NCBI GenBank assembly: GCA_003427395.1
Contig: BFEA01000015.1
Span: 4,991,927 to 5,055,819 of the forward strand
DNA length: 63,893 nt
Source: Chara braunii
Taxonomy: Eukaryota > Plantae > Charophyceae
Direction: 5' to 3'
Numbering within the stretch: position 1 is the first letter of the stretch; every line of letters begins with the position of its first letter. This document shows positions 38,061 through 51,739 of the stretch, one piece after another. A program made the translations under genes and the position numbers. The notes below the pieces were generated by a model. It was not told the origin of the DNA. It saw nothing but the letters and a program-made list of their open reading frames with translations, and ran no database searches.

Positions 38061-39934
38061 AGTTAGGTAGCTATCAGAGGGATCGAGAGTCGAGTCTTAA
38101 AAATTTGATAGAAGGATTCATCCATTATTGCATAGCCAGTAGAAAAACCGTCATTAATATAACAACACGGTGGACCGCAGTTCAGGCCTGATCAACCGAC
38201 TGTGGTGAGTCAAAACCAAAATCGTCGATCCCCTCGCATTAGACTTTGGGTGAGACTGTAAAATTGATTTAGGTTAAAACACGAATCCAAAGAGTGAAAA
38301 TTTAACTGTTAATTCTTAGCTCATCGGACATCCAACGAGACCCTTACAAGTTTAAATTTGTGGGGAGAGACAACCATTGTTTTCCTTGAGGACTTTCACT
38401 AACGTCGTACTAAATCGGTATTCTCACTTGCAGTCATCTAGAGTATGTTTTTTGTATTATTGTTTGACTAAGTGGGGGACTCACGATAAAAGTCTGACAG
38501 TAAGGAATGCACCAAGGAAGGCAGTGAGGGTCTTTAACCACACCTTCATCCAGGGGATTGGATTTTGGCAACTTGCCAAGTCATATGGTATTTATTTGCT
38601 TATAGATTTCCTAACGATGGGGACGTCACTTAATAAGGTATGAGAATACTACCAGACCAAATAGGATGTTTGACCATGCTTTTGTAGGTGACACAACTCC
38701 AACGCCAAAATATTATAACGAAGCTGGTCTGAACTGAAAATGAATTGACCATCAACTTGGGATGGATTCCTCGATCGATAAGGCCAAGGGCATATGGGTA
38801 AGAAGACGTTGTTACATAGTCACGCTCGCTGTCGCGACACGCATCGAAACCACTGAGGATTAGTAGTGGCATCCGACCATAATGGACGAATGGTTAGTCA
38901 TAATAGAAGTAGTTAACGGACAAAGTGGTGACAAATATCCAGATTGATTGAAACTCCAGCTATGTAACCGGATAGGATAATAAACTCTAAGTTTGCGGAC
39001 AAATGAGCACATTGGATTGCAAAACTGACCGTTCACTTGGTGGTGAAGTCGAATCAGAGTAGGGAAATTAACGGGCAACAATAGGACTGGAATGCATGAC
39101 ACAATAGAGTTACGGCAGGAAAACTTGACCAGATTTTACTATAAAAAATAGGAAAAACACGCTCAAACCAACTAGCTGGACTGAGTTTGAACCTCTACTT
39201 ATTGCTGGTCTACTCCTCTTGTACCCGAAATATGAGCTAGCCCAGTAGGTTCAGATGCAGATTAATAAGCGTCAAATCTAAGGAACGAATTCATCTTGCC
39301 TCTGGTGTCGGTGTGAATACCCTTACAAGGGTATCCGCCCTGGTTTTGGCAAGTGACATTAAATAAGTTGGTTTAAAGTATACCGCATGAGGCGCGATTG
39401 TATCTGTAATTTACGTTGACTGAACGATTGATTCGAGTACAGAGTCTGTGGATGCGCAGTCTTGATTTGCGCATAATTTTATTTGGTGTTGATTGAAAAA
39501 CCGACGTGATTGCCGGCCCAACTTTTATTTCTGATTAAGTGAGGATTAAAAAGATTTTGTCTCCTGATCGGTGTGCTTACTTGTGACCTGTGCGTACGTG
39601 GGGAAAACGTCATCGACAACGAGGTGGCCTTGAAGTATTTTCTATAGATCTGCGCATCTCGTAGTCCTGTTTATTTAGGTGACCGTTAATACTAGACTCA
39701 GCCTTAGGCCTAGCACTATTGGTTACATCGTCGGACTTTCATCAGAGAGGTTCACGGATCGAGACCAGCAAGCGGAGGCGTTGGAGCATCGGAACAGCGC
39801 AAAGGTAACCAAGGGGTTGAGGGCTCGGAGAGGCTATCCCCCATGGTTTTATAGGGAAGTTTTTTTCTCTTTCCTTCGCAGTGCATTTCTTCCTTGTAGT
39901 TTTTTTTATTATTATTATTATTTTAGTTTTGTTA

Positions 39935-40130
39935 TTCCTTTCGGACCGGACGCGGCGTCGGAACCAAGGAGTTCAACGTGCATGCGGACGAGTGACTGAG
40001 CAGGTCCGGGAGACAGAAGAAAGTTGAATGGCGGGGACTTTTCGTGGCTGTGCCATTTGGACCCAGATGGTAATGGATTGTGCCTGGGTACGGCAGGCCA
40101 AGGTGCAACAGTAAAGGCTACAGGCAGGGG
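39935..40130 (+). pseudogene. Possible degraded LSU (25S/28S) rRNA-derived segment
   Basis: accaaggagttcaacgtgcatgcg resembles LSU accaaggagtctaacatgtatgcg; ggacccagatggtaatggattgtgcctgggt resembles gggacccgaaagatggtgaactatgcctgagc; patchy match. Confidence 0.45.
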
Positions 40131-40344
40131 TGTCATAGCCAACACGGAGCTTGTCGCTTCAACCTTCAAGATTCTCGTTTGGGTAGTTCTTATTACCACC
40201 AACATCTTGTCAGGGCCCACTCTATAGACCTGCAGCACAGTCGTACCCTTGATTCCGAGATCGGTTATAAGGGGCCGGCATGTGGGTTTGTTCGGTGGGG
40301 GCTGCTCAACATTTCAGTAATACTAAGTTGACTTGTCTCACTGG

Positions 40345-40427
40345 GTCCTTCGGGACATCTGTTAAAATTGGAACGATGCAAAGGAGATTGGCGAAGCCAC
40401 GGTGTGGGCCGAGCATGCATAAATAAG
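40345..40427 (+). pseudogene. U6: U6 snRNA-derived segment inside the Gypsy element, antisense to the element
   Basis: gtccttcgggacatctgttaaaattggaacgatgcaaaggagattggc...gcataaat; 5' GUCC-UUCG-GGAC stem-loop intact, 3' half diverged. Confidence 0.8.
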
Positions 40428-41494
40428 TGACGTCGTCTGAACCTGGTTGTCATAAGGGGCTAGGAGAGCGCGGATCAATCGATAGTCGTTGCTTTCATAA
40501 ATTCACCTCTAGGTGGTTCAACATTTGAGCGGCCTACCTGATTGTTAGCAGTAGAAGCAGCCGTTACGAGTCGTGCTTTAACTACGAGGAAGAGTGGAAC
40601 TGTAAGTCATGCGCTAGCTACGACATAGAGCAAAGCTACGGGCATGCGCTAACTACAAAGAGGTGCGAAGCTATAGACCACATGCCAACTATGAGGAAGT
40701 GTGAAAGTATAGGAGAGCGCAATAGGATCGAAGGGGGAATAACAGAAACAACAACGAGAGAAGATGAACCTGACGTGATTCCACACCGGATACGAGCAAT
40801 GAAGCGAGTAGCAGAATGATAGGTCAGGCGTAGTCGAAGAAGTATAACTGGCTCGATCCTCATCAGAATCGAGCAAAGGGAAGCGTTTCTGGGAGTTTGA
40901 GGATAGAGAGAAGTTGATGGAAGGGTTAGTTTTTGGACTATATCATCCGGATAAGAATTAGTAAGAAAGACAGGTCCTTGAGGGTGACGAAGGAACTGCG
41001 CAGAAAGGGAGCGGACTTTGTGGAGGCTCAATCAATCCTTGATGGGATCCAGAGGAGGGGGTATGGCCCCAAGGTTTTTTAGCGAGGCGAGGCGAATGAC
41101 GACGGCGGAATTGAATATCAGTTGGTGGTTTTGCCCGTATGGGCGATGAGGACTGTGCACGAGAGGAAGGGAATAACCGAAATTGGCGATGTATATCGTT
41201 GTGTTCTAGTAGAAGATTCATACCTACCTTCTGTGAAAAGTTGAGTTGAAGATCGTCGGCGTCGCTCGTGATCTTCAAGTTCATTATTTTTTCCTCGCGA
41301 TTGCAACCCCTACTATTACGAACTTCATACCAGTCGTGGGTTATCCCTCTGATTCGACAGGGCTCATGGCCATCTTCCTGGCTATCCAGCTCCTAGGTAT
41401 TGTTGCGTGTCTCGCTCGCGACTCTGTCCCCGCCTGTCGATTACAGACCACTTCGGACGAATCCAGCAGAGCCAAGGATCAGGCACATACAGGC

Positions 41495-41610
41495 TGAGAT
41501 AGGGAGGAGGGAGCGGTCGGGATAGTGAGGAGGGAGTGGCCGAGACAGCGAGAAGGGAGCGACCGAGATAGCGAGGAGGGAGCGACTGAGATAGCGAGGA
41601 GGGAGTGACA
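41495..41610. repeat. ~24-bp purine-rich minisatellite (gagatagcgaggagggagcg), 4-5 copies
   Basis: Directly visible tandem copies. Confidence 0.75.
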
Positions 41611-42559
41611 CAGACCAAAGCAAGACAGAAAGTATGTGCGAAGGTCGAGAGCGCACTCGTTGCTATGTGAGCAAACCATGGTAGTGAGGGATGTGTGAAG
41701 TAATGCACCTGGTCATTACCTAAAGGAGGATTCATTCGTGGTATATATAAAAAAAGTCGTTATAACAATTGGAGACAAAGTAGCGAGGGTGAAGGCTTAC
41801 TTGTGGGCAGGAGCACTGCCTCTCCACACGATCGACGAAGCGTGAAGCCGGATGGGAAGTCGGGGGATTGCCTGTTTAACTGAAGATGTTGTCCATTGTG
41901 TTAAGCAGAGTGATCGAAGGTCAGCTGCAAGTCTGCAGGTTTAACCGCTGCCCGGTGAATTGTTGTTCCGTTGAGCAACTATGAGTGCATGACAAGGAGG
42001 GAGTTTAGTAGGATCGGAAGGGACCAAACTGCTACTGCGAGCAACTGTTCAATTCGGAGTTAGTACGTGCATGCGCCTTGTCACAGACCTTGCTGACTAG
42101 GGGTCGGCAGTTCGAACTGAGGAAGGTTGGGGATTCGGATACATACTTGGTTTCGATTACAATCAGCGAAGTCGACACCTTCACGCTCTCGGTCGTTTCT
42201 GCTGTATGAGAAGAGACTCACCAATGTATTAAACCAGTTGTTGAGCTATCATCTTGTGTTGCTCTTCGAGCCATCCATTTCAGCAGGGGTGCGACTATTG
42301 CTAGTTGTTGAGTATTATTGAGGCCCGGAGAGCCGTCAGAAAAGTCAACAACTGTTGACCTAGTTTCAATTGACCAAGTTGTTCTGCACTTCGACTGCCA
42401 TTGCGGGGCCCTCAAGCGCACGAAGATTACATGGCCCTCTCTAGCGGGTTGAGTTGTCCCTCTCCTGTATCTCGAGAGTCTAAAACCCCTCCTTCTATCG
42501 TTATTACTCTAAGTCTAGTCTGTGGTTACGAGAGGAAGGCGTCACGCGGGATTGCAACC

Positions 42560-45110
42560 CATAGGACCTCAGCAAGACTCTGTGGGGAGTCAACCCACCA
42601 ATTGAGGGAGCTCTGTCGGAACTCATGAGAAGTTCTGGAGGCAAGGAACTGTGAGATAATCATTGTTTTCCTCAATAAACCCAATTATAATTTCTGTCTG
42701 TGATTCTTGTTGTGATTGATCGAGTATACTGCGTGCATCTCTACTTTGACTTTTATGTTTGACTTTCATGACAAATCAGATTTAATAATGAGAATGATTA
42801 TGCAAGTTGCAGTTTCAGTTTTATTGTCTGACTGAAAACAGAGTGTAAAAATGGATTGCATCCGGGGGAAAGGTGGACGGGAGATTGTATTGCTTGTGTT
42901 TGACTGGGTCAACCAAAGGTTGGGAGAGCCTTCATAAGATTGGAGGGTCTAGTGTGATGTTTATTTTTTTGACTTGTTGAAGGACCAGACAGGTTCCCAT
43001 AAGATTGGGTGGTCTAGTTGCTTTGACTTGCGAGGGCTGCATGTGTTTGCCTTTCAAGGACCAAGCATCTTTCCATAAGATTGGATGGCTTGGTTGCCTT
43101 GTTTCTTTTGACTTTTCTTATGTTTTATTAGTTCCGAAGAAGAGTTTCGCATGTTTCATAAGATTGGATGACCCTAACCCGCTTTTGTTTTATTGTGAAG
43201 GGGAAAATTCAGACAAAAGATTGAACAAATTTTTCATAAGATTGGGTGGTCTGGTCTGAGGCCACGCACATGCTGAAACCAAAGGGATAAATTTGTTTGT
43301 ATTTTTATATACTATTTCACTTATGAACAGGTTAATCAAATATTTTTTCATAAGATTGGATGGTCTAACTATAGGTTATCACCAATTGAAGAGAGTATGA
43401 ATTAAAAATAAACTTGTGGTAAGAAGGGGCAGGTTGCACCTTGATCTAAGATGATCGGTTCAGTCATATGCTGCCTTAAAAAACTAAGTGTAAACATTTA
43501 TATATAACTTGGATACTTAAACAGTTCATGGCGAGTAGGATGAACAACCTAGTCATATGCCCAAAGAAGAGAAAAATTGTAGTGCCTTGTGTTTGTGTAT
43601 ACTCTATGGTTGAGCTAGACAGGTTCCCATAAGATTCGGTGGTCTAGCTTTAAGCCTTATGTAACCTGGGTATAAGGGATAAATCATTGAAAGACTACGA
43701 ACTATTGTTTGACCAAGTTTATTTTCGGCTGGTGAGAGTACTTACTATTGTGGTTTGACCTTGCATGTGGTTGAGTGAGATCACTACTTAGTCCGAGTTT
43801 CAGTTTGATAGGTAGTTGCTTTAGATGCTCGCCACGTGCGAGAGTAATAGGAGTTAGTTCAATTCCTGCATTTTCTGAGCTAAGTTTATTTTACTTAGGT
43901 CAAATTCAACATTTTCTGGGATATTTTGTTATACTTGGTCTTGTATAAATCTTTGTAAGTCACTTTCTCTACGGAAAGCGCTACCGAAATTTCTACAAAA
44001 CCAAGGAGTTAGTCAAATTTTAACTTTTCAAAGTTCTGTTTGTTTAAACTTCTATATATGACTTAATAGAAATCTGGAAAGTCTCCCTTTCTAAAGGGAG
44101 TGCTGCCCAAATTTTTGCTAATTCAGGGAGTTCGAAAAAAATAGACTTTGGGAGGTCAAAATTATATCTAGATTCTGAACTTAGCTTTGTATAAATTTTA
44201 GAAAGTTACTTTCTTTACGGAAAAGGGCTGCCGAAATTTCTACATATCTAAGAAGTTAGCTAAATTTTGTCTTGAAAGAACCCAAGTCCAATATCTAGAT
44301 TCTGAACTTAGCTTTGTATAAATTTTAGAAAGTTACTTTCTTTACGGAAAAGCGCTGCCGAAATTTCTACATATCTAAGAAGTTAGCTAAATTTTGTCTT
44401 GAAAGAACCCAAGTCCAATATTTGAGTTCATATCTGACTTAGTATAAATCTGCGAATTCTACCTTTCTAAAGAGAGTGTTGCCCAAATTTTTGCTAATTT
44501 AGGGAGTTCGACAAAATTCGACTTTTCAAAGTTAGATATTGTTTTGGTTTTTATATTTAAGTTAGTATAAATTCTGCCTACGGAAAGCACTGCCGAAATT
44601 TTCTTCGTTTAGTGGAGATAAATTATATTTCGACAGACGACGATTATGGCAACCCACACTGAATAGAGGAGACTTTGTCAAAGGACTACCTTTTCGTTGC
44701 ACAATGGTTTAGGGATAAACTTAAATTTACTTGGCAGACAGTATTGAATAAGGAAGTGCTATGCAGATTTATTCCCTATACACTGATGATTTAGCTTAGG
44801 CATTGGTCTGTCTTGTGTTACAGGTCCTCTTTATTGTTTTGATTCGGGATTTGGGCTAGTTTCAGCTTGATCCTATAAGGATCCTCTTCTATTATCACTG
44901 ATAACATGTCGGTTGTCAATTCCTCGGTCTACGACTCAACTCCAATTCATTCTCATTACCTAACCTAAAAGGCTTTAGCTCTGGTGGTTTCTATTGGTTT
45001 ACTAAAGTTTTCACCTGAACTTTTATTGAATGACCATTTGACGAAGGTGCCGAGTATTTATTTTTGGAAGGTTGGACAAAGGTTGGGGCTTGCATGGCTA
45101 AAGAGAGGGG
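42560..45110 (+). mobile_element. 3' internal non-coding region of an LTR retrotransposon with repeat arrays
   Basis: Homology to 29915-30080 (inverted); cataagattgg repeat array 42931-43650; ~125-bp repeats 43960-44600 (44165-44291 nearly identical to 44292-44420); purine tract aaagagagggg at ~45100. Confidence 0.55.
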
Positions 45111-45111
45111 T

Positions 45112-46474
45112 ATGAGTATAGAGAATGGTTGAAGTTGACCCCGTGTAGTGTGTGAACTTTTTATTGATTCTTTGATATGATTGCAGGTATGTTTTGTGAT
45201 TCTACTTTTGGGAATTGACAGTCTGCGATCACATACATATATATGGATAAAATGAGTCTCACTGTGATTGTAAGAAGTGGTCGTCTTATATTTATTCCCC
45301 AATATATATATATACGTATATACATATGTTTGAGGGTTTAGCATGGCCTAAAGAGCCCAAGCTTAAGGGTCTAATTGGGGTTGAGGTTGAAGGAGAGAAG
45401 AGAAAACTTCCTTCCTTTACCGTTTTGTTTTTTTAAAAATTATTAGTCGGACGTTGGTCCTGGGCCTGGATTCGAGGTCCTTGTCCATGACATCCCAGGT
45501 CCTAGACTCCGTGTGGAAAGGATCACCCCCCGCTCAGAGCCTATTAGCCCTGCCCACCGGGACACTCGGCCTAAGGGTCGAATGTGCCGCGGGGGCCGAA
45601 CGGTTGTTCCTTCAGCCGTGCAATATTATTAAGGGGTCGACCCTCACGATACTTTAAGATTGACACTTGAGTGTCATAAGCGGTACTCGAACCCTCTAGG
45701 GACCGCTTGATTATGGACATTACATAGTATGCCTTCATTGTGACTGCTTGCGTATTCATGTATTGCTAGTCGACATGAGAAGGTCATGCGTACACGTGGT
45801 TTTATACGAAGTCCGCATCGGAAGGTTATGGGATGACTACTGAAGGGACTAGGATCGTTTGCGTTGTTTGTTCTGTGTCCTTTCGTGTGTGTGAGTGTTG
45901 TGGTGTAACTCGTGGTATGTAGGATGTGTCCTAGTCGACAGACGACCAGTCGCGCTTGGGACTTCAACCCCCCAGTGCGTCGGTTGTCGTGCGGGTCAGA
46001 TAGAGGCGTAAGACCACACGTACCCCCTATGCTACAACAAACGAGAAACGCCCTCGGCTGGTCCACCTCGGCGATTGCAACTGATTAGCTTGTACTGTGC
46101 ACTGGTAGCTCGGCGGGGATGCGCCCGCCGAAGGGAGGTGACAACTCTCGCAGGTGGAGGTAAGTCATGCCTCGCGTAGGCCCTATCCTGTCGTATAGGC
46201 TCACGAAAGGTTTGGCTGACGCACTCGGCCGGAGTGGCTTGCAGAAGCTTCATGTGTATCACGACGAGGATTAGACCAACTCCTGCGTGACACGGCCCGG
46301 AGGGTCCCGCCCTGCGTGACGCAGGACCGATGCGCTTGCAAATGCTAGCTCATTTTGCTAGTAGGTTGAGGCAGACCCGATCATTTGACCCGGCCCACAA
46401 CCAACTGGGATTCGAACCCGTGACCTTGGTATTATAAGTAGCTCTAGTTAGAAATATAGACTTCTGTCGTGACA
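45112..46474 (+). mobile_element. Probable LTR (TG...CA) following a polypurine tract
   Basis: Starts TG after aaagagaggggta and ends tcgtgaCA; 45660-45960 is homologous to 55810-56159 in reverse orientation. Confidence 0.55.
46398..46452 (-). pseudogene. tRNA-derived fragment (Ile-UAU-like anticodon arm plus T-arm) inside the LTR
   Basis: Minus strand gctacttataataccaaggtcacgggttcgaatcccagttgg: B-box GGTTCGAATCC; no intact acceptor stem or D-arm. Confidence 0.5.
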
Positions 46475-49400
46475 TGAGTCTGACAATTGCCCGTACGGGG
46501 CACGTTAGAGGTAGTTCAATTATATTTTTTGCGTTTTACTTTATTATTATTATTTTTTTTTAGATTCGTTGGATTTATTATTTTAATATATTTTACGGAT
46601 GTTCTTTTAAAACTCCAATATGTATACTACCTAAGATATACGGAGGTACGTTATTTGTTGAAAAAGGAATCAAAGCCACTTACCACGGGGAAAACCAGAC
46701 CATTTCTCTATAAATCTGTCGAAAGGACCTAATACAACTACTTGGATTTTGAACCTTCATGTTGATGTGCACGATTTTGACAGCCATACTAGTGTGTGAA
46801 ACCCGGGTACTCGTATTGCAAAAGCAACGTTATTAAAAAGGAAATAAACAATATATAAAATAAAATAAGTTGCAAATAAGTTTGAACTACCAAACCGGAA
46901 AGTACATGTAATGAGGTCTCCGTATTTGAACCTCCAACACATCCACCGTGACATTTGTTAATCGTAATGTAAAATTAACACGAATAACATTACAAGATAT
47001 GATGCTTTAGAATATGAAATTCGTAGTTTATTATTATTTTTCTTTCTTCACACTGATGAAATAGTAAGAATGAGTTTGCTCTTAATCTGGGAGCAGATGC
47101 ATTAAACAGAAGTGAGCAGCAAGGCACCGCAGTTGAACTCGGGGCATATGAGATCCCCTACGGCTAAGTTTGAGCAGTGGCTTGATGAGGAGACTACGGG
47201 CAAGCACAAGCAGCAACAAGCGTTAGCCGACTAACAAGCAAGCACTAGCACGGGGATGAGGAATAACGAATTCGAGAGACAAAACCGCGAGTATTAGTGG
47301 GAGAGAGAAAACTAGTGTGAGGTCGCGAATACAAGTGGGGAAGTCACTGAGAATGTGTGGCGAAATGTCTACAATAGCAAAACAGCAACGAGCGCAAGCA
47401 AAAGCAAATAAGTGAAGACGATAGCGATTGCAAGTGTGAAAGTCAGTGATGATTTTAGAAAATTCTTTTTTCTATATTTAACTTCTCACTCACCTTGTCT
47501 GTTGTCTTGAACTTCTTCGGTTTGGATCCAGAAACCCAATCTCTTCTTGATGTTTCATTCATTTCTTCAAATTCATAAGCGTCATGATTTCCTTGTCGCA
47601 GAACTCTGTAAGGTCCCAGTCATTGTTTATCCAACTTTCTTGATCATTATTTTTAAGAAAAGAATCGTAAAGCAGTACTTCATCCTCGGCCCAATCCTTA
47701 CACGAGAAAATTTATCTTATTTTTCATCGTCCTTGTTACGACTGTCTGGTACTCGTGTTGCGACTTCTTGAATTTTGTTTTTAATGACACTAACATGCCT
47801 TGCTCTAATATCCAGTAAATCCTCTAATGACAAATGATTTTTGAAATCTTGTTGCCGCCAAGTTTTTAAAAAACTCTCTTTTGGGAAGATCACATGTTTG
47901 CCATACCATAATGTCACAGATGCATATCGTGTTGATTTCCTCATAGTGATGTTCTCCACAAAGAAGACAGTCCGTATAAACGTTGGTAAAAAATTTGGCT
48001 TCCCATCAGTCCATTTTGCCAGTAAGTTCGTAATAGTGCTACGCCATTTTTTTACAAGTGAATTAACCTATGAGTGAACTCTAATCGTTTAATGTGTCAC
48101 TATCTCAAAATCATCAAGCACTTTTTTGACTTATCCACATGTAAATTCAGATCCTCTGTTCATTGTAAATTCTATTATGAAAGGATATCGCAAGTAGTAT
48201 TCTTTAATGCAATCGGTCAAGACTGTCCCTTTCTTGGTCCGGATGACACTAAGCCCATTAAATTATCTCTTGCATTAAAGATATAATTATACCCATCAAA
48301 CTCTTTCGACATTGCACGTAAGTCCACGCGCATAACTGACCTTCATCCTTTATTGTCTGGGATGCAGCAGTTCCTTGTACTTAATTGGAGATCTGAGCTG
48401 ACAGGGTACGCATGACTTACAATACTTACGTCTCATCTCAAATATTTTGTTTTAATAGTACAACTTTTACACTTTTTCGTAAGTAGTGATAAAACTTTGA
48501 TGATCACATGCGGGTCTGTCATAAAGAACTGTAATGACGTCAATATGATGATTTCTGCCACAAACAACTTTTCTTGGCGGTCTGCTCTTATCTCTTATAA
48601 ACAAAAACACATTCCTTACAACATAATGGTCGTGCATGCGAAGCATCCTCTCACCAATGCTTCTTTCTCGCTTGTCACCAGAGAGAAATAACTCGATTTT
48701 TAAGTGGAACCCATCATACTCTTCTTCCTGAAATGTTTCTAATATACGTCCTTATTCAAATTTTTCTTCTCTCTTTCCTCATGAAACTCATAATCATCTC
48801 CAGTACAATCTCATCTGTTTTTACTACTTTATTTCATTTATAAGTTTGCAAGATAGAGTTATTAATAAAATTCTACTCTCCTCAATATTGCCAAGTGCTC
48901 ATCCCATTGCAACACCCCGATCTCAATTGTGGTCGATTTATCTGTTAGTTTATAGTTATCATTTAAGGTTAATTCCATCATCCATTCCGTGTCTTTACTT
49001 CTTCATCAATCTTCTTCGACAAATGGTTTAAACATCAAAATTTCATCTCTAAAAAATATCGTTGGGGCAAACTACATATGACTTCCTCTCCAAATTTTTT
49101 TATCCTCGACGAACATTGACAAAAAGTTAACGTGAAAACGCATATCATCCCCATAGAGAAACTCATCGACTGGTGCTGTTTCTTATTTTGTCACATCAGG
49201 TTCCTCTCATTCTATCCTGCTCAATCCTTCAGTCCTATTTTTTTTTCCAGAGATGTGTTGCAACTGAAAGTCAAACATCCAGACATAAGTGAGTCATCTG
49301 ACGATCGTAGGGCCGGCGGGATAAAACTTATTAAGGGAATACATGAGAGCGGTCGGATCTATCCTTAAAATAAATCTTATCCCAAAAAGGTAGTGTATAA

Positions 49401-50766
49401 AAATTTGAAGACACTGTACTACCAAGACCTCCTTTTTGAACTAAGAATAATATTTTTCTATCGAATTAAGAGTTCGACTCTCAAGACGCAAAGATATTTC
49501 CTTCCCTTGATGATCAACTTGTATCAAGACTCCTCCCAATGTAGTGGATATAGCATTTGTCTCCACTACAGAGGGATGTTCCATGATTGTGTCATAGTTT
49601 GGAACTCCTAGCACCAGAACCCCCTCTTTGAATTTCCTTTTCAACTGCAGTATCACGTGCTCTTGAACTTTTTTTAATTCCTACTATTGTTCCTTCCTCA
49701 CGAACTTCCTCAAGTGCTTAATCTTTGCCACAAATCTAGCGATAATGTTATTCAAAACCCACACGCACCTCACTTGTATTCTTAAATGGCGTAGCCACTC
49801 AATAATCGTGTTTGTCTTCTTTTTATCGGGGCATCTTCCCCACTCATTGCATACGAACCATAACATTGTTGCTTCTTTCATGCAATGGCTGAATTTTACG
49901 TCACTAGCAGTGAGATTTTGTTCTTGCAGAAATCCAGTACCTTTCGCAGATCATTGATATGATCTCATATGAACGTCTTACTCTAGTTACTATTTCCTCC
50001 TTGTTTTTCTGCGAAGATCCTTTAACTGCAAAATCATCAATGTAAGGTTCAACAATTTGCGGACTAATCGGCTGCATCACCCAGACCATGCGTCTCTGAA
50101 CCATAACCACATCATTCGTCCACCCTTGCGGTGCTACATTCATTTGAACCAGCCCTGTGGAAGTGTGCATGATAGTTATGAGTCTATCAGCCGGATAGAC
50201 CGAAAACTAATCATAACCGGAATAAAGATCTATGAAAGATATTATAGATCTTTCAGCTGAAATTTTTGAAAGTTGATCCACGTTAAAAAGTTCACCGACA
50301 TCCCTAATAGTCACAACATTCAACTTTTATAAATCTTGCACGCATCCAAGTATTCCATTTGGTTTAACAAAACAAAACCATGGTGATGCGTTATCGGCGG
50401 GAATACCCTTACAAGGGTATCCGCCCTGATTTTTGCTAGCGACAAAAAATAATCATAAGTTGAAAAAAATAGGAGTGCCGCGTGAGCCACGATCGGGTCT
50501 CTTTCTGTAACTAAGAAGTGTGAGATAGTTTGAAGGGGGTAGAAAGTGTGTGGGCGCGCAAGTTTGAGGCACACGTGATTTTTATTTTTTTGGTGTGATG
50601 TGGACCGACATTTCTTATTTTTTATTAAAGTTGTGATTTAAACAATCTTTGTATTCTTGATTGAGGAGTTTAGTTGTGGCACGCACACGCGCAAGGAGGT
50701 GGGTTGCCATGGTCGGCGTCAGGCTTGACTGTCGGTGCCACGGTAGCTATTTTACATGTTATTTGG

Positions 50767-50993
50767 CTGTGTAGCACACCGAACATGTTCGAAGCTTTTT
50801 CGAGCGTCCGAACATATTAAAATGCTTGCATTATAATTTAACATAACATATATTGTTTCAGATTTTTGGAGATTTTTTTTTTTTTTTTTTTTTAAATATT
50901 TTTATGTTCACGTTCAGAGAGTTTCGACGCTTGTTCGCGTTCGGTCCCGAACGTTCGGGTTCGGTCACCGAACCCGAACACGATGCTACACAG
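50767..50993. mobile_element. 227-bp hAT-type MITE with 8-bp TSD, nested in the Gypsy element
   Basis: TIR ctgtgtagca/tgctacacag; TSD ttatttgg at 50759-50766 and 50994-51001; ccgaac/gttcgg subterminal motifs. Confidence 0.85.
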
Positions 50994-51739
50994 TTATTTG
51001 GAAAGGCTCGAAGTCGGGTAACGTGAGACATGATAAGGTATTTTAGTTGTTTGTAAGACGGTATGGGTTTGACGTAGTGAGGGGCGTGCGCGGCAGTCGC
51101 AGGTGGAGCTTGACCCCACTCGTGGTGGGTGTCGAGGTTCAACCATTGTGAGTGCGACGGGAGACCAAGGTATGGGCTTGGGGCGTTTCAGTGCGTGTAT
51201 GCAGCAGGCGGAACCCATTTATATGGGTCTCCACTAATACCAATGCCAGCCTTGGACATAACACTATTGGTTATATTGGTAGATTGCTACTATGGAGGTC
51301 TGGGGATCGAGGCCAGTATCCGACGACAAGCAGTACCACAGTTTGAAGGAACCGAGGGGTTGAAGGCTTGGCAAGGCCATTGCCCCTGGTTTTGTCAACG
51401 GCCCCGGGTTTGGGACCGATCAATGGGACCGAGGGGATGCCAGGGGTCCCTTCCCTTTTTTTTCCAATTTTTTTTCTATTTTTATTTTATTTCATTTTAT
51501 CTATTTTTCTAACTTTTTAGTTTTGTCAAATTTTCCTAGGAACCGTTATCAGTTTTGGTACCGAGTCTGGGGATAATGGGAATCCAACTGACTTAGCTAA
51601 GTTGGTGCACCTCTGAACTATTGAAATACAGACATGAGTTCGAACTCCATTTGCTGCAGGGGAATAAAAAGTGGAGATTCGGAATCGCCTGGGGCTGGTT
51701 CGCTCAATGACGATATCTCAAGGCCACAACCCAGACTGT

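Larger units (their letters stand above)
38150..41300 (-). mobile_element. Highly decayed Gypsy gag-pol remnant (copy 1 of the U6/LSU-carrying family)
   Basis: Colinear homology to 50400-52400: gaatacccttacaagggtatccgccctg (39316 vs 50401), cagcctt.g.c.ta.cactattggtta (39700 vs 51247), aacc.aggggttga.ggct.gg (39807 vs 51350), T-rich linker, U6. Confidence 0.7.

Noticed and set aside
42931-43650. CRISPR array
   Set aside because: Eukaryotic TE context, no cas genes, degenerate repeats and irregular spacer lengths; kept only as a motif array.
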